Shown here piece after piece: positions 62,206 to 64,000 of a stretch of DNA of 64,000 nucleotides. Location: contig OU015567.1 of the NCBI GenBank assembly GCA_907165135.1, forward strand, positions 10,912,001 through 10,976,000. Reading direction: 5' to 3'. The position numbers and the translations under genes were made by a program. Source of the stretch: Oikopleura dioica (taxonomy: Eukaryota > Animalia > Chordata). The notes under the pieces were generated by a model that was given only the letters and a program-made list of their open reading frames with translations, was not told the origin of the DNA and did no database searches. Position 1 is the stretch's first letter. Each line of letters starts with the position of its first letter.

Positions 62206-64000
62206 TTATTCTATTCCAAAGGCAGAAAAGATCTGACTCTTCATGTTTTTTATTTCGATCGTCAGGGCGTTGATGATGCCCAGAAGTCTGTCCTCCAACT
62301 GATTCTCTGATGATTTGTTGTCAGCTTCCATTTTTTTCAGTCGATTTTCTATTTCAGGTGAAGCTGAAGTTTCTTTTTTGAAGAGAGATTGTATCATCAT
62401 CATTTCCAGGAAGCGATCCTGTTTTGACTTTGCATGGGGGAATAAAATTGTTTGCAACTTCTTGGTAAATATTTACTATTATTAAAAGTAGGTATTGAGA
62501 ATTTAAAACATTATTCTGAAAAGCTGTATGAATAATAATCCCTTTCCTTCTTTTCTGCCGATTTTTCCACATTTGTAATATGGTCTGATAGATCTGAAAT
62601 TTCCTCCGTCAGTTTGATGTCGACCAACGATAGATTCTCTAAATTGCCTTCCATATCATCAACTGCCTCTTCAATAGCGACGATTCTTTCATTTTGGACA
62701 GTGTTGACGTAAATTGTAGTTGGCAAAACTGTCGTTGATATTTCTTGGTCCACGACAGAGTCGAACGAGACCATTAACTCGCAATTAATGGATGGCTCGA
62801 AGTTATTCGAAAGGAAATTCGTAGCGTCGTTTTGCTCTGCATCTGTTGCTAGAGCTGTTTGTAACTCGGCCATGATTGATGCCTCAAGAGTCTGCAAATC
62901 TAAGAAGAACAATTTAAATATATCATTGTGTAGTAATTACCTGATGGAGAATTTATATTTGTATTATTTTCCGTCTTTTTATAATCCAAAATGATGTTAA
63001 CGATCGTTGAAGCAGTTGCAGAACGTCGACGACGGCTGACCCGGTTCTTTGAATATCTAATTCTTACATCGAGATCGAGATTGTTGTCCGTTGCGATGGC
63101 ATCCCAACTCGAGGAGAATATGTTGTTAATAACGGATGTGAGCAAAGCGTATGAACTCGAAGTTTTGTCTAGAAGCTCTGAGGACCAAGTCCAGTCATTT
63201 TCGAACTCAACAATCACTGAAAGATCGAAGTTGACTCCTTCTGCCAAAAGCATTGTGACCAAGGTTTTCTTGGAATCCGGGTAGACGACAACTCCGGATA
63301 TGGCAAGTGACTAAAATTTGCTAAAATCAGAGATGACGAAACCTCTAAACACGAACCTCTAAGATTTCGCCAATTTCTTTTTCCACTTCTTGTTCAATTT
63401 CTACTCCCACTGTATAAAAATTGCCTTCTTGTGATGCACTGTCGATTGTAATGTACAAAATATCATAAATATCGCTAAACTCCACACACAGCGAGTGACC
63501 ATCTATCAAATCCGGTTCAAAGGCATCGATGATATCATTAATTTTGCCAGTTGAGCTGATAAAAATTTTCGTTTCGTAAATAACTCGATACGTATCATTC
63601 TGAAGGGTCGCGTTGCATGCTTGAGGCGTGAAGTATTTTCCTTCGAACTGGGAAATATCCGATTCTTCCTCAGCTTGAGGGACTTCTTTGACGACTTCTT
63701 CAACGTCAACAGTGGTCATATTGATTCTTGACACTGCCGCTAAAATATCAAGAGGATCAACACCAGTTTCATTCTTCGTATCTTTGGAGATTTTTCCGTG
63801 GCTTCAATGAGAATCGAAAGAATTTCATCTTCCGCTGTGGTTGTATTCATGGATGAGTCGGAGTCCTCATGAGCATCGTTACTGTCAGTAGTATCACTTT
63901 CTGTGTCGTTGTCACTGTTTTCTTCGTCAGTATCTACAACCATCGTTATCGTCAGCTCTATATCAACGTCGAATCTGACGATGGGAGAGGGATTCAGTGA
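62206..64000 (-). CDS. Paralog of the 13-16 kb SEA-like secreted protein (5' part lies outside the window)
   Basis: Same domain order: Cys-pair domain, SEA-like domain (TWSSELLDKTSSSYALL ... SRRRRS), acidic coil, and C-terminal domain SKQDRFLEMMMIQSL...FSAFGIE*. Confidence 0.75.

Overview
Eukaryotic genomic DNA with very dense genes, introns mostly 40-50 nt, and GA-AG and GC-AG introns. This strongly suggests the larvacean tunicate Oikopleura; the assignment is inferred from architecture, not from a search. Layout: (1) 1-13 kb is gene-poor, with a Bicaudal-C exon, a Tc1/mariner-type MITE and unresolved coding-like fragments. (2) 13-23 kb holds a secreted SEA/poly-Thr mucin-like gene, a Cys-rich type I membrane gene and a Ser-rich ORF cluster. 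(3) TFAP4 follows, with a dense cluster of its own CAGCTG motif on its 5' side, then calpain-7. (4) 31-53 kb is a packed housekeeping block: SLBP, SF1, a MRPL42-like candidate, MRPL14, PRPF31, CCT6, GHITM, PRPF3, Derlin-2, FKBP12, Acinus, a small TM protein, NDUFS7 and ADSS, probably SL trans-spliced operons. (5) The end holds neurocalcin, GLTP, UTP23, an orphan gene, NDUFS3, a sushi-like surface protein and a paralog of the SEA gene that runs off the window. Several conserved genes carry single-base indels, mostly in homopolymers, which are most likely assembly errors. All gene identities come from manual splicing and recognition of remembered motifs; no database search was run.
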